From IMG/VR virus record IMGVR_UViG_3300027836_000008: a DNA stretch of 64,000 bases, one strand, 5' to 3'. Under the pieces are notes generated by a model. The model saw only the letters and a program-made list of their open reading frames with translations, was not told the origin of the DNA and did no database searches. The position numbers and the translations under genes were made by a program. This DNA comes from a virus. Each line of letters opens with the position of its first letter. The first letter of the stretch is position 1. Below are positions 52,823-60,948 of the stretch, one piece after another.

Positions 52823-53185
52823 CTAGTATCTAAAAATACCGATTTCGGTATTGTTTTGTTCTGCTACTGCTACCAATGAGGAAACGGTTTCCTTTGGCTG
52901 ACTTAAAAATGCAAAGTAGTCTACGTCCTTCATGTTTTCTTCGATCCAACTTGGAGGAACCTTGAATGACTTAATCTTCTTGCCACGAGATTTCATGCCT
53001 CGCTCAGATAGATTGACAAACTCTGAGACCATCGAGTTAATCTTTACAGGTCCAGCGGTATAGATGTAAAAGTATTCATCTTGCTCAGACATACCAGACA
53101 TTGCCACAGCCATAGCACGTAAAAATACGTTATAGTCTGTGAACTGGTTAGTTCCCTGCACTCCCACTATCATCTTTTTTCCCAT
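52823..53185 (-). CDS. SLOG/YspA-like protein
   Basis: IVGVQGT..F.DY...F.R. Confidence 0.5.
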   Translation of the reverse strand: MGKKMIVGVQGTNQFTDYNVFLRAMAVAMSGMSEQDEYFYIYTAGPVKINSMVSEFVNLSERGMKSRGKKIKSFKVPPSWIEENMKDVDYFAFLSQPKETVSSLVAVAEQNNTEIGIFRY

Positions 53186-53573
53186 CTCTAAGTTGATCTA
53201 TTATGAACAACATCTTGTCTAATTGTACCTTATCCATATTCATTGTGTCAACTACTGATGTTGTTTCTTTGTCAACACCTTCATTGGTCATACGTGCTGT
53301 ATAAAAGATATTATCCTTAATCCAGAACGCCTCATCTTCAACAATGATGACTCTTAAGTTAGTTTTATCATAATGCTTCCTTGTTTGAGTCGACCTTTGT
53401 GGTTTTATTAAGTTATTTTGATTAATAAAAGGACTAACTATGTGATGTATAGTGCTTTGACTATATTTATAAATATTAATTTTTTTAACATTTTCTTGTT
53501 CTTTATAAAATAGTTTGGCATAAACATACATGGCAAATATTGTGATCAATGATCCTAAAAAATATTTGGTCAT
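53148..53573 (-). CDS. Single-TM hypothetical protein
   Basis: N-terminal TM; AFWIKDN.FY.A. Confidence 0.7.
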   Translation of the reverse strand: MTKYFLGSLITIFAMYVYAKLFYKEQENVKKINIYKYSQSTIHHIVSPFINQNNLIKPQRSTQTRKHYDKTNLRVIIVEDEAFWIKDNIFYTARMTNEGVDKETTSVVDTMNMDKVQLDKMLFIIDQLRDGKKDDSGSAGN

Positions 53574-53585
53574 GATTTAATTATA

Positions 53586-53915
53586 TCAGTATTCTGGTAA
53601 CATTATGCGGATTACTTCTTTTAGGGTAGCCCTCTTTGCATCATCAAGTTTATCTACATGAGTTGCACTAAATGCTTTTGGTGTTAAAGTTACCTTTGGA
53701 TTTGCCTCCATTGGATCTAAATTAACAAAGCCATCTTCCCATAACGACATAATCTCTTCATGAAACATTGCCTGTTGAGTTTCATACAACTCTGGAGATA
53801 TTTCTTTTAGTTTATCAGTAAACTTATATAAAGCCTCACCAGTTTCCATATCAATAGCAGCGACCTCTAAGGCTCCATTAAGAATCAGTGCGTCAATAAA
53901 GTCATCCTCACTCAA
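53586..53915 (-). CDS. Hypothetical protein, paralogue of 53908..54135
   Basis: TTG start after GGAGG; L.L.GALEV...D..TGE.LY..TDKLK. Confidence 0.7.
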   Translation of the reverse strand: MSEDDFIDALILNGALEVAAIDMETGEALYKFTDKLKEISPELYETQQAMFHEEIMSLWEDGFVNLDPMEANPKVTLTPKAFSATHVDKLDDAKRATLKEVIRIMLPEY

Positions 53916-54135
53916 CGTTAATCCTCCATTGCATAATTTTTGGACCTGCATCAATCATTTGATACATGTTGTATTTAAAGGTTTGTTCAAGATCTTCGTA
54001 CATGTCTGGATAAACAGTCTTTAACTTATCTGTAATTGTGTACAGTGTTTCTCCAGAATCAACGTCAAATCCAGATACCTCCAGCGCCCCTTGAAGCACA
54101 AGATGCTCCATTAGGGCTTGATTCTTTATGCTCAT
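53908..54135 (-). CDS. Hypothetical protein
   Basis: LVLQGALEVSGFDVDSGETLYTITDKLK. Confidence 0.7.
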   Translation of the reverse strand: MSIKNQALMEHLVLQGALEVSGFDVDSGETLYTITDKLKTVYPDMYEDLEQTFKYNMYQMIDAGPKIMQWRINVE

Positions 54136-54386
54136 TATTCTCCAATAAAGTCTAAGAAGTCTTGTTTTGTTTTTGCACCATTCATTCGCTTAACTTCTAA
54201 ACCATCTTTAAGAAGAATGTATGTTGGAATAGTCTTAACACCAAAGTTTTGAACAAGTTCTGTTTCAGAATCTGCGTCTACAAAGACAAAATCGATGACT
54301 CCATCACGCTTTAGTTCTTCAGCAACTGGTCTTGTACGCTGACATGGGTTACACCATTCAGCAGTGAAGTAAAGTACATGACTCAC
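54135..54386 (-). CDS. Thioredoxin
   Basis: FTAEWCNPC; IPT. Confidence 0.92.
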   Translation of the reverse strand: MSHVLYFTAEWCNPCQRTRPVAEELKRDGVIDFVFVDADSETELVQNFGVKTIPTYILLKDGLEVKRMNGAKTKQDFLDFIGE

Positions 54387-54790
54387 TTGCCAGACTTCTT
54401 TCTAGCCTTTGCAAGGGCATCAAAGTCCTTAACCTTTGTATCTCCTAAGTATCCCCATGCATAACCATCATTGATCATCATGTCGTTAAGTGATACAGTG
54501 TTTCCATCTACATATACCCAGCCCAAAATGCGACCATACTTCTCAGATGAATCCATCTTTTCAGTCTTAATAACAACAGCCTTAGCATCCTTCAGAGCCT
54601 TCTTTAGGTACTCCTTGGCTTCTAGACCTAGTGCCTTCTCAGCAAGGTCTTTTGTGCGTGACTCAGGGGTATCAATACCAGCCAGTCTTACACGAGATGC
54701 AAACAGGATGTCAAACCCTAGATCAATAAGCACATCGATAGTATCTCCATCGACAACTGCTTCTACTTTTCTTACATAGTACTCATACAT
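54383..54790 (-). CDS. Thermonuclease (SNase-like)
   Basis: VVDGDTID; RVRLAGIDTPE; KYGRILG. Confidence 0.92.
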   Translation of the reverse strand: MYEYYVRKVEAVVDGDTIDVLIDLGFDILFASRVRLAGIDTPESRTKDLAEKALGLEAKEYLKKALKDAKAVVIKTEKMDSSEKYGRILGWVYVDGNTVSLNDMMINDGYAWGYLGDTKVKDFDALAKARKKSGK

Positions 54791-54955
54791 ATTATTCTCC
54801 TTTTATCACTGGATCTAGTCTATCCCAATAACCATTTTCGTTACCCTGAAAGACTTTACCTGTTTCTCTATCTAAAAGTAGCCACTTGTTTGGCGACTTT
54901 GTGTACACTTTAAGTTCTACAGCAGAGTCTAATTCTTTAAATTCAAAAGACTCTC

Positions 54956-55159
54956 TCATTTTCTACCCCACTGAACATTATTCCAGCCACGCTCATGTGC
55001 GTAGTAAATAAATATTTTCACTACCGTTTCCCAGAATGCAATTGCACCAGATAGGGTAGCATTTCCTGTTAAGACATATGCAACAACAAATGAGGAAAGC
55101 GTTCCCCAAATACGATAACTCATTGCCTTAGCAAATGATCTAGCCCTTGTTACTGTCAT
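54956..55159 (-). CDS. DUF2061-type membrane protein
   Basis: RSFAKAMSYR...YY.HER.WN...WG. Confidence 0.85.
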   Translation of the reverse strand: MTVTRARSFAKAMSYRIWGTLSSFVVAYVLTGNATLSGAIAFWETVVKIFIYYAHERGWNNVQWGRK

Positions 55160-55218
55160 CTTTATCCTTAAAGTATAGTTGGGCCTCTTTATCTGCCCAA
55201 TCGTTAGTTAAAAAGAAA

Positions 55219-55986
55219 TTAAATACCCATCTCTTTACGTTTTTGAGTAGCCGAAATAGCATGAACGTCTGCCCCCAAGTCTACTTGCTCAATCTTGTAT
55301 CCGACATCACGCCCATATACAATGTTGGTAATGTTAGGCATCTTAACTACAAATGCATCTGGAACATCATTAAGGATATGCTGCTTTACTTCATGGAAGT
55401 GTAGTGGATCCTTGGGTGTCATACCTGATGTGTGACGAACACCAATTACAACTTGGTAGGCTCGCTTCTTTGCCTCTTCGTAAAGGGCACGGTGACCTTC
55501 ATGCCAAGGCTGGTAGCGACCAAGAAGAAGAACTGTATCTTCCTTCCAGTCAATTAGACCAAACTTACGTACAACTGTAATTGCTCTTGTTGGAAGAGAG
55601 TCTAGGTAGTCATCTCCTGTAACCTCAATACGGTGATCGTAGTGCTGAGGATCTTCCCAAAGTTTATTAGTGTCTTCGAAGCGACCTTCTTTAATTGTAT
55701 CAACCCATACAACTAGGTCTGCTTCACCGAATGCTCTGCGAGTTTCTTCTGTTGGACAAACAAAATCAACGATTACTGGACGATCCTGACGTTGTTCCAT
55801 CAATCGTGCGAGTTCTCCCATGCGACGTGCTTGTTCGATTCGATCTTCAGGTGTAAAACCAAGATCTTTATTTAGGCCATTACGAACTTCATCTGCATTT
55901 AGATGAAGACCATTGACTCTATCACTTACTGCGCCTGCAATACTGGTTTTACCAGCCCCTGGCAATCCTATAAAAAGAACAATCAT
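55219..55986 (-). CDS. cysC: Adenylyl-sulfate kinase fused to an HxGH nucleotidyltransferase domain
   Basis: GLPGAGKT; LNADEVRNGLNKDLGFTPEDR; then LGRYQPWHEGH and ISATQKR. Confidence 0.85.
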   Translation of the reverse strand: MIVLFIGLPGAGKTSIAGAVSDRVNGLHLNADEVRNGLNKDLGFTPEDRIEQARRMGELARLMEQRQDRPVIVDFVCPTEETRRAFGEADLVVWVDTIKEGRFEDTNKLWEDPQHYDHRIEVTGDDYLDSLPTRAITVVRKFGLIDWKEDTVLLLGRYQPWHEGHRALYEEAKKRAYQVVIGVRHTSGMTPKDPLHFHEVKQHILNDVPDAFVVKMPNITNIVYGRDVGYKIEQVDLGADVHAISATQKRKEMGI

Positions 55987-56066
55987 TTATTTCCCTATCG
56001 CTTAGTGACTACACTGTAGCCAATCATCTTCCTATTATACTACTAAAGTATAGAGTTTGCAACCCT

Positions 56067-56630
56067 CTACGTCAGTTCTACTTCTCTTGTTGGCATAATA
56101 TCAATTAGTAGGTGTACTCTATCTATATCGCTATTATTTTTTACTGAGTGAAGTCTGGTATTGTTAATTTCCCAGCACTCACCTTCAAGCATATTGATCT
56201 TTTCTAGACCAACACCAAACTTTGTTTCTTGACTTGTGATAATGGCAACGTGATGTCTTCTTGAGTATACAAGGTAGTCCCCGTCATCAAAGTGACTAGG
56301 GATATTCTGGTTAGCCTTTAATTTTATAATCAAGACGTTCCCTCTAACACCTTCGTGTATTTTTTCTAAATCCTTGATTATTGGCTCTACCATTTCGAGG
56401 AGTAGATCATCATCTGATTTGACCTCGTAATTAAACTTGGTACCCTTGCTCCAACCAAGGTCTGATTTATATAAAAAATATGACTCAGTATCTTTGTGAT
56501 TACTGTATTGCTCTTGTCTAGAAGTATCCAAAAACCATTCGTCTGCAAACTTTAAGATGTGGGATTTAATGGCATCGATATTATAGGTACCATGATTTTT
56601 AAAATTAAAGTCTTCAGATATCTTACTCAT
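56067..56630 (-). CDS. Aspartyl/asparaginyl beta-hydroxylase-like 2OG oxygenase
   Basis: SHFD...RHHVAI...WEINNTRLHSVKN...RVHLLID. Confidence 0.85.
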   Translation of the reverse strand: MSKISEDFNFKNHGTYNIDAIKSHILKFADEWFLDTSRQEQYSNHKDTESYFLYKSDLGWSKGTKFNYEVKSDDDLLLEMVEPIIKDLEKIHEGVRGNVLIIKLKANQNIPSHFDDGDYLVYSRRHHVAIITSQETKFGVGLEKINMLEGECWEINNTRLHSVKNNSDIDRVHLLIDIMPTREVELT

Positions 56631-57226
56631 TGCAAATCTTCCAATTCTTCAAAGTCTTTAGAATATTCAAAACGATCAAAGTCTGATTTATATATTTTTT
56701 GTACTAAATCTATGGCTTCGTCTGTATAGTCTTTGTTGTATAATTCTATCACATACTTGCCAGGGTTGTCAAATCCCAGTTCCAAATCAAAATCATTTTT
56801 AAGTTCGCTAAGATCTTCAAATCTATATATCTTATCTGTTGATACAACTCCATGCTCATTAATTACATATAGGTATTGTGGTAGATGTAATAGTGGAGTT
56901 ATCCTAGATATATTATTTCTTTGAATATTTTTTAAATACTCTGAAAAAGATATGTTGGTTTTATTAGTCTTGTTAAACTGGTGAAAGCAACTATAGGTTC
57001 TTGTATATGGATTCCTAACAACAGCAAAAGAAAAAACTGATTCGCTGACTATATTTTGTTGCTTTAAGATTACTAATGGCAAATGACCTCTAGGATATTC
57101 GACTGATCTTCTATCCCAGGGATCCAAGCCTTTATCTTTAAGTACATTTAGTATAGATGTTCCAGCAGTTTTTGGTATATGAACAAACAATGGTTTGTCA
57201 TATTCTTTACCATCAATAAGCATCAA
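56627..57226 (-). CDS. Sulfotransferase family 2 (HNK-1/chondroitin-type)
   Basis: FVHIPKTAGTSI; FAVVRNPYTR..S; H..PQ; YRFEDL; YKSDF.RFEY. Confidence 0.85.
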   Translation of the reverse strand: MMLIDGKEYDKPLFVHIPKTAGTSILNVLKDKGLDPWDRRSVEYPRGHLPLVILKQQNIVSESVFSFAVVRNPYTRTYSCFHQFNKTNKTNISFSEYLKNIQRNNISRITPLLHLPQYLYVINEHGVVSTDKIYRFEDLSELKNDFDLELGFDNPGKYVIELYNKDYTDEAIDLVQKIYKSDFDRFEYSKDFEELEDLQ

Positions 57227-57460
57227 CTACCCTTTAGATAGTTTTTCTCGTTCATCAACAACACTGATCATAAATGACATCATCTTGCTATAACCTTCTG
57301 GGTTATCCATGATCTTATTATAGTGGTGACCACAAAATAATAGATCTCCGTTAAGTCCAGTAACCTGTACCAATGCTTCTGCTGCACAGGAATCACACCT
57401 ATCGGTTGCCTTGAGTTTCCACTCTTTCTGAACTTCTGTAGATTCAATCATCGTATCCAT
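57227..57460 (-). CDS. Small actinobacterial-type zinc-binding protein
   Basis: LKATDRCDSC...LLFCGHH. Confidence 0.75.
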   Translation of the reverse strand: MDTMIESTEVQKEWKLKATDRCDSCAAEALVQVTGLNGDLLFCGHHYNKIMDNPEGYSKMMSFMISVVDEREKLSKG

Positions 57461-57466
57461 AGTATA

Positions 57467-57652
57467 CTACTTCTTTCTATTATCTGTGCTATAAAATCCC
57501 GAACCATTGAACTGAGCGCCAACGGGTGTATAATGTCTTTTCATATCAGAACCACAATCACCACAAGGATAAGTCTCTTTGTAGTTTGAGATACTGGTAT
57601 TAAATGGAATGATCTTACTATTGCATTCGCATTTATATTCGTATATAGGCAT
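57467..57652 (-). CDS. FmdB-family zinc ribbon
   Basis: MPIYEYKC.C...C..CG..M.R...F.GSGFYSTD. Confidence 0.85.
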   Translation of the reverse strand: MPIYEYKCECNSKIIPFNTSISNYKETYPCGDCGSDMKRHYTPVGAQFNGSGFYSTDNRKK

Positions 57653-57755
57653 TACTTCTTCTTTGCTTTTACTGTCCAGATTGGTGCACTGAGATTATCT
57701 CCGCCCCATTCATATCCTAAAACTTTGACTACAAATCTAATAATTTTAATACGCA

Positions 57756-57956
57756 TTACTTTACCTCCTTGCCGAACTTTGCCCATACTCTTTCATGGAT
57801 AAAGTATCCAAGTGCTTCCCAGCCAATATAAAGAAGTGCACCAAGTGATGCGTACTCCCATTCACCAGTGAAAAGATAAATAACTCCAGCGACTCCAACA
57901 AGGTGAAAGGTTTCCCAACTTGCCGTCTTTAACAATGTTCTCTTAGTTGATTCCAT
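57756..57956 (-). CDS. DUF2061-type membrane protein, copy 2
   Basis: RTLLKTASW...YFIHERVW. Confidence 0.75.
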   Translation of the reverse strand: MESTKRTLLKTASWETFHLVGVAGVIYLFTGEWEYASLGALLYIGWEALGYFIHERVWAKFGKEVK

Positions 57957-58748
57957 TTATGCCCCCAAAATTTTCTTATAAGTAATTGTATCAACGATAC
58001 CATTGATAGTCAACTTATTCTTCTTTTGAAAATCCTTAACAGCCTTATCTGTTCCTGGACCAAACTCTCCATCTGCAGTAAGTCCAAGGGCTTCCTGAAT
58101 CTTCTTAACAGAAGATCCTTTTGCCCCTACCTTGAATGGCTTAAACTCCTTCTTAGCAGCGGTTGTAGCAGGCTTTGAAGCCTTTACAGGTGCATCAGAG
58201 GATCCCACCTTTGAAAGTAGTGGAAGGTTTTCTTCACCAGCGTATACTGGACGACCCCAACCAACGATTGCATTCATCAACTTAGGCTTATTATTCTTTA
58301 CATATGCACGAGTCTTTTCTACACACATTCCGCCATTTCGTTGGTCTCCCTTTGCAGTTCCTGAAGTATTTCCTTCGATAACCTGAATTGTTCCATCTCC
58401 ATTGTTTTTAATGCAAAGACCGACATGTGAAATTCGATTTACGCCATCATCTGGGAAATCAAAATAGATCCAGTCTCCAGGAGTTGGGTCATCATTACGA
58501 GCATCTGCCCAGCGATCATTCTTCTTAAACCAATCAGATGCTGCAACCGTTGCTGCACTCTTTGGATACTTCTTTGGATCTAGTCCTGCAGTAAATGCAC
58601 ACCATGAAACAAATGACTGACACCATGGAAGGAAGTTTGCACCTGTCCACTTACCATACTTTGTTTCATTATCTTTTGGACCTTCGATAGTCCCAATTTC
58701 TTTCTTTGCAACCTCAATGATTGCTTCTAGTGAACCTTTTGTTGCCAT
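57957..58748 (-). CDS. Endolysin: CHAP amidase plus peptidoglycan-binding domain
   Basis: PWCQSFVSW; HVGL; IEGNTS; C-terminal LGLTADG.FGPGT..AVK.FQ...L..NGIVD. Confidence 0.92.
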   Translation of the reverse strand: MATKGSLEAIIEVAKKEIGTIEGPKDNETKYGKWTGANFLPWCQSFVSWCAFTAGLDPKKYPKSAATVAASDWFKKNDRWADARNDDPTPGDWIYFDFPDDGVNRISHVGLCIKNNGDGTIQVIEGNTSGTAKGDQRNGGMCVEKTRAYVKNNKPKLMNAIVGWGRPVYAGEENLPLLSKVGSSDAPVKASKPATTAAKKEFKPFKVGAKGSSVKKIQEALGLTADGEFGPGTDKAVKDFQKKNKLTINGIVDTITYKKILGA

Positions 58749-58789
58749 TTTATCCTCCTACGGATCTTATTGTATAATTATACCATTTG

Positions 58790-58862
58790 CTGGGCTGGCA
58801 GGTATCGATCCTGCGACATCCGAATTAACAGTTCGGCACTCTACCATCTGAGTTACAGCCCA
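58790..58862 (-). tRNA. tRNA-Asn(GUU), atypical T-loop AUCGAUA
   Basis: TGGGCTG/CAGCCCA-G; CCGAA-CT GTT AA-TTCGG. Confidence 0.88.
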
Positions 58863-58870
58863 CCATTCTC

Positions 58871-59656
58871 TTAGTTAGAGAGAATTGTTACAGCAGTGCT
58901 ACCTGCTGAAATTGATTTTGAATTTGCTGCAAGTGCAACAGTTGCTACTGAAGTTGAAAAACCAATGGTTTCACCATTTGGAAGCAACCCCTTGATTGTT
59001 GATAGATTTTCAGGAGTTACTAGTGTAGCAAGAATGTCAACCTTTGCTCCTGCATAAAGGTATGACCCAACAGACACAACTTCTGACACACATGCAGGGA
59101 AATCAATAGGCTTTGCTGCGTTGTTTCCTGCTGCTGCATAAACCTGAATACCCTTTTGGTTTAGTGAGATCACCGAAGACTTCACCTTATCAAACCCCGT
59201 TTGTGGTGTGTATGGCGCTGATGCTGGAGGGAAGCACTGTCCAGCCAACTTTCCTGTAGCATTCATGTATCGTGAAAATGATACACCAGATACACTAGCA
59301 GAATTGTTGTTTACAAATGTTAGTGCATCAATAAATCCAATAAGATTGACATCTGCAGCAACACCCTTCTTGCTTACTGGTGCTGCTTGAATCAAAACTA
59401 GTGTTGCAGATGGATTCTGCTGACGAGCAACAAGTGCCATCTGAGTTCCATGATCCTTGTTTGATGCTGTCTTATTAGTGCAACGATCTGATGCAACACA
59501 CACAAACTCAACGCTTCCGCCAACTTGTGTTAGATTAAATGCATTATCAATAATTACAATGCGCTCACCTACTGCTGCCTGTGACTGTACTGGTGCTACA
59601 ACTGAAAACAATACTGCTACTAGTGCTACGATCTTCTTCATTTTATTCCTTTTCAT
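58871..59656 (-). CDS. Secreted subtilisin-like (S8) peptidase
   Basis: Signal peptide; VIID, DHGTQMA, AAAGNN, FPAC, STSVAT. Confidence 0.75.
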   Translation of the reverse strand: MKRNKMKKIVALVAVLFSVVAPVQSQAAVGERIVIIDNAFNLTQVGGSVEFVCVASDRCTNKTASNKDHGTQMALVARQQNPSATLVLIQAAPVSKKGVAADVNLIGFIDALTFVNNNSASVSGVSFSRYMNATGKLAGQCFPPASAPYTPQTGFDKVKSSVISLNQKGIQVYAAAGNNAAKPIDFPACVSEVVSVGSYLYAGAKVDILATLVTPENLSTIKGLLPNGETIGFSTSVATVALAANSKSISAGSTAVTILSN

Positions 59657-59657
59657 T

Positions 59658-59861
59658 TTACGATATCATCAATCTGATGACATGACAACATGGGTCGCCA
59701 CCTGCGTCCCACTCTTCTAACTCTTCTTCACCCATATATTCGTATCCACCATCATGGGTATTGCAGTAAGGAGGTGTAACCCAACCTCTTTCAATACCGT
59801 TTGAAAGCCAGATGCCAAACTCTTGTTCTTCTGGTGACAAATCTTCGTGCTTGTGATCCAT
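59658..59861 (-). CDS. Hypothetical protein
   Basis: W...GIERGW...C.THDG...GGDPC. Confidence 0.7.
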   Translation of the reverse strand: MDHKHEDLSPEEQEFGIWLSNGIERGWVTPPYCNTHDGGYEYMGEEELEEWDAGGDPCCHVIRLMIS

Positions 59862-59876
59862 ATACTAAGTATACCC

Positions 59877-60401
59877 CTAAAGACTAACTACGTCAACTGG
59901 GCCCATGCATGATGGGCTAAATTTAATTGCTGCAGAGACTGCAGATACTACACGATTTCTTGCATTCTTTTGTTTATCTGTAGCATAAAGTACACCATAT
60001 GCGTACTCTGCTCCAGAACCCATAGCAAGATATGGAAGTGTATATTTAGATAAAGACATATCTGCAGAACTATGTTCATAAATTTCACCACGAACTGCGA
60101 TGATCAAACCAAGATCTCCATCCTTAGATGTGTCTACCCAGAACTCATTATAGAATTCACGAAGTTCTTTAACAAACTTTGTTTGCATAAACTTATCTGT
60201 GTCCTTGATATTTGGTGCAGTTGGTTTAAAATTGTAACGGATTCTTTCTCCGTCCATTGCTCCTGCATAGCCCATAAGATACGGACCAATTTTCCAAACC
60301 TTGGGTGCATCTAATGCCAATATGGTACCGTCATCTGAGGCACCACGATCTCCAGCCATGTAGATTTTATCTTCATGTTTTACTACAGCAATACAAGTCA
60401 T
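59877..60401 (-). CDS. HslV/proteasome-beta-like Ntn hydrolase
   Basis: M-T-C-I N-terminal Thr; MAGD; AMGSGAEYA.G. Confidence 0.8.
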   Translation of the reverse strand: MTCIAVVKHEDKIYMAGDRGASDDGTILALDAPKVWKIGPYLMGYAGAMDGERIRYNFKPTAPNIKDTDKFMQTKFVKELREFYNEFWVDTSKDGDLGLIIAVRGEIYEHSSADMSLSKYTLPYLAMGSGAEYAYGVLYATDKQKNARNRVVSAVSAAIKFSPSCMGPVDVVSL

Positions 60402-60482
60402 GGCAGAAGCCCTCTCCAGATAGATATACTCAAGTATACCACCACCCAGAGAGGGCTGTCAACTATAATCAATAATGATTAA

Positions 60483-60782
60483 TTATGCTGTCTTTGATGA
60501 CTTTCTGCGTGTTTCTACTACTGCATCCTGCACTGTTACTGCATTTTTGTCTGTTGTAGAAAATGCTGCATTAATCTCATCTCTTGTGAGTTTGCCGTCG
60601 TCCATAAATGCACGAGCCAACTTCTCAACGACAACTGCCACTGCACTAAGGCCTGCAACTGTCATAGCCTTTGCTACTGAGATTCCTGCAATAGCACCTG
60701 CTCCGATTACTGCTAATGCATTTGCTGCAAATACTGCAACAATACGCATAAGAATATTCCAAATATTTGTTATACTGTTCAT
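60483..60782 (-). CDS. Holin-like membrane protein
   Basis: Hydrophobic Ala-rich helices; DDGKLT.DEINAAF. Confidence 0.65.
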   Translation of the reverse strand: MNSITNIWNILMRIVAVFAANALAVIGAGAIAGISVAKAMTVAGLSAVAVVVEKLARAFMDDGKLTRDEINAAFSTTDKNAVTVQDAVVETRRKSSKTA

Positions 60783-60948
60783 ATTTAGTCCTCCTCTCTA
60801 TTTCTAATTGGATAACTTAGTATCCAAGTAAGCATCGTGAATCCAATTCCATAACCAACAACTGTTTTTGCACTGCCGTCCAAAACAACCCAAGCGATAA
60901 ACATGCCTAGGAGAGTCCATTGTTGATCAAGAATATCCTTGATTAGTT

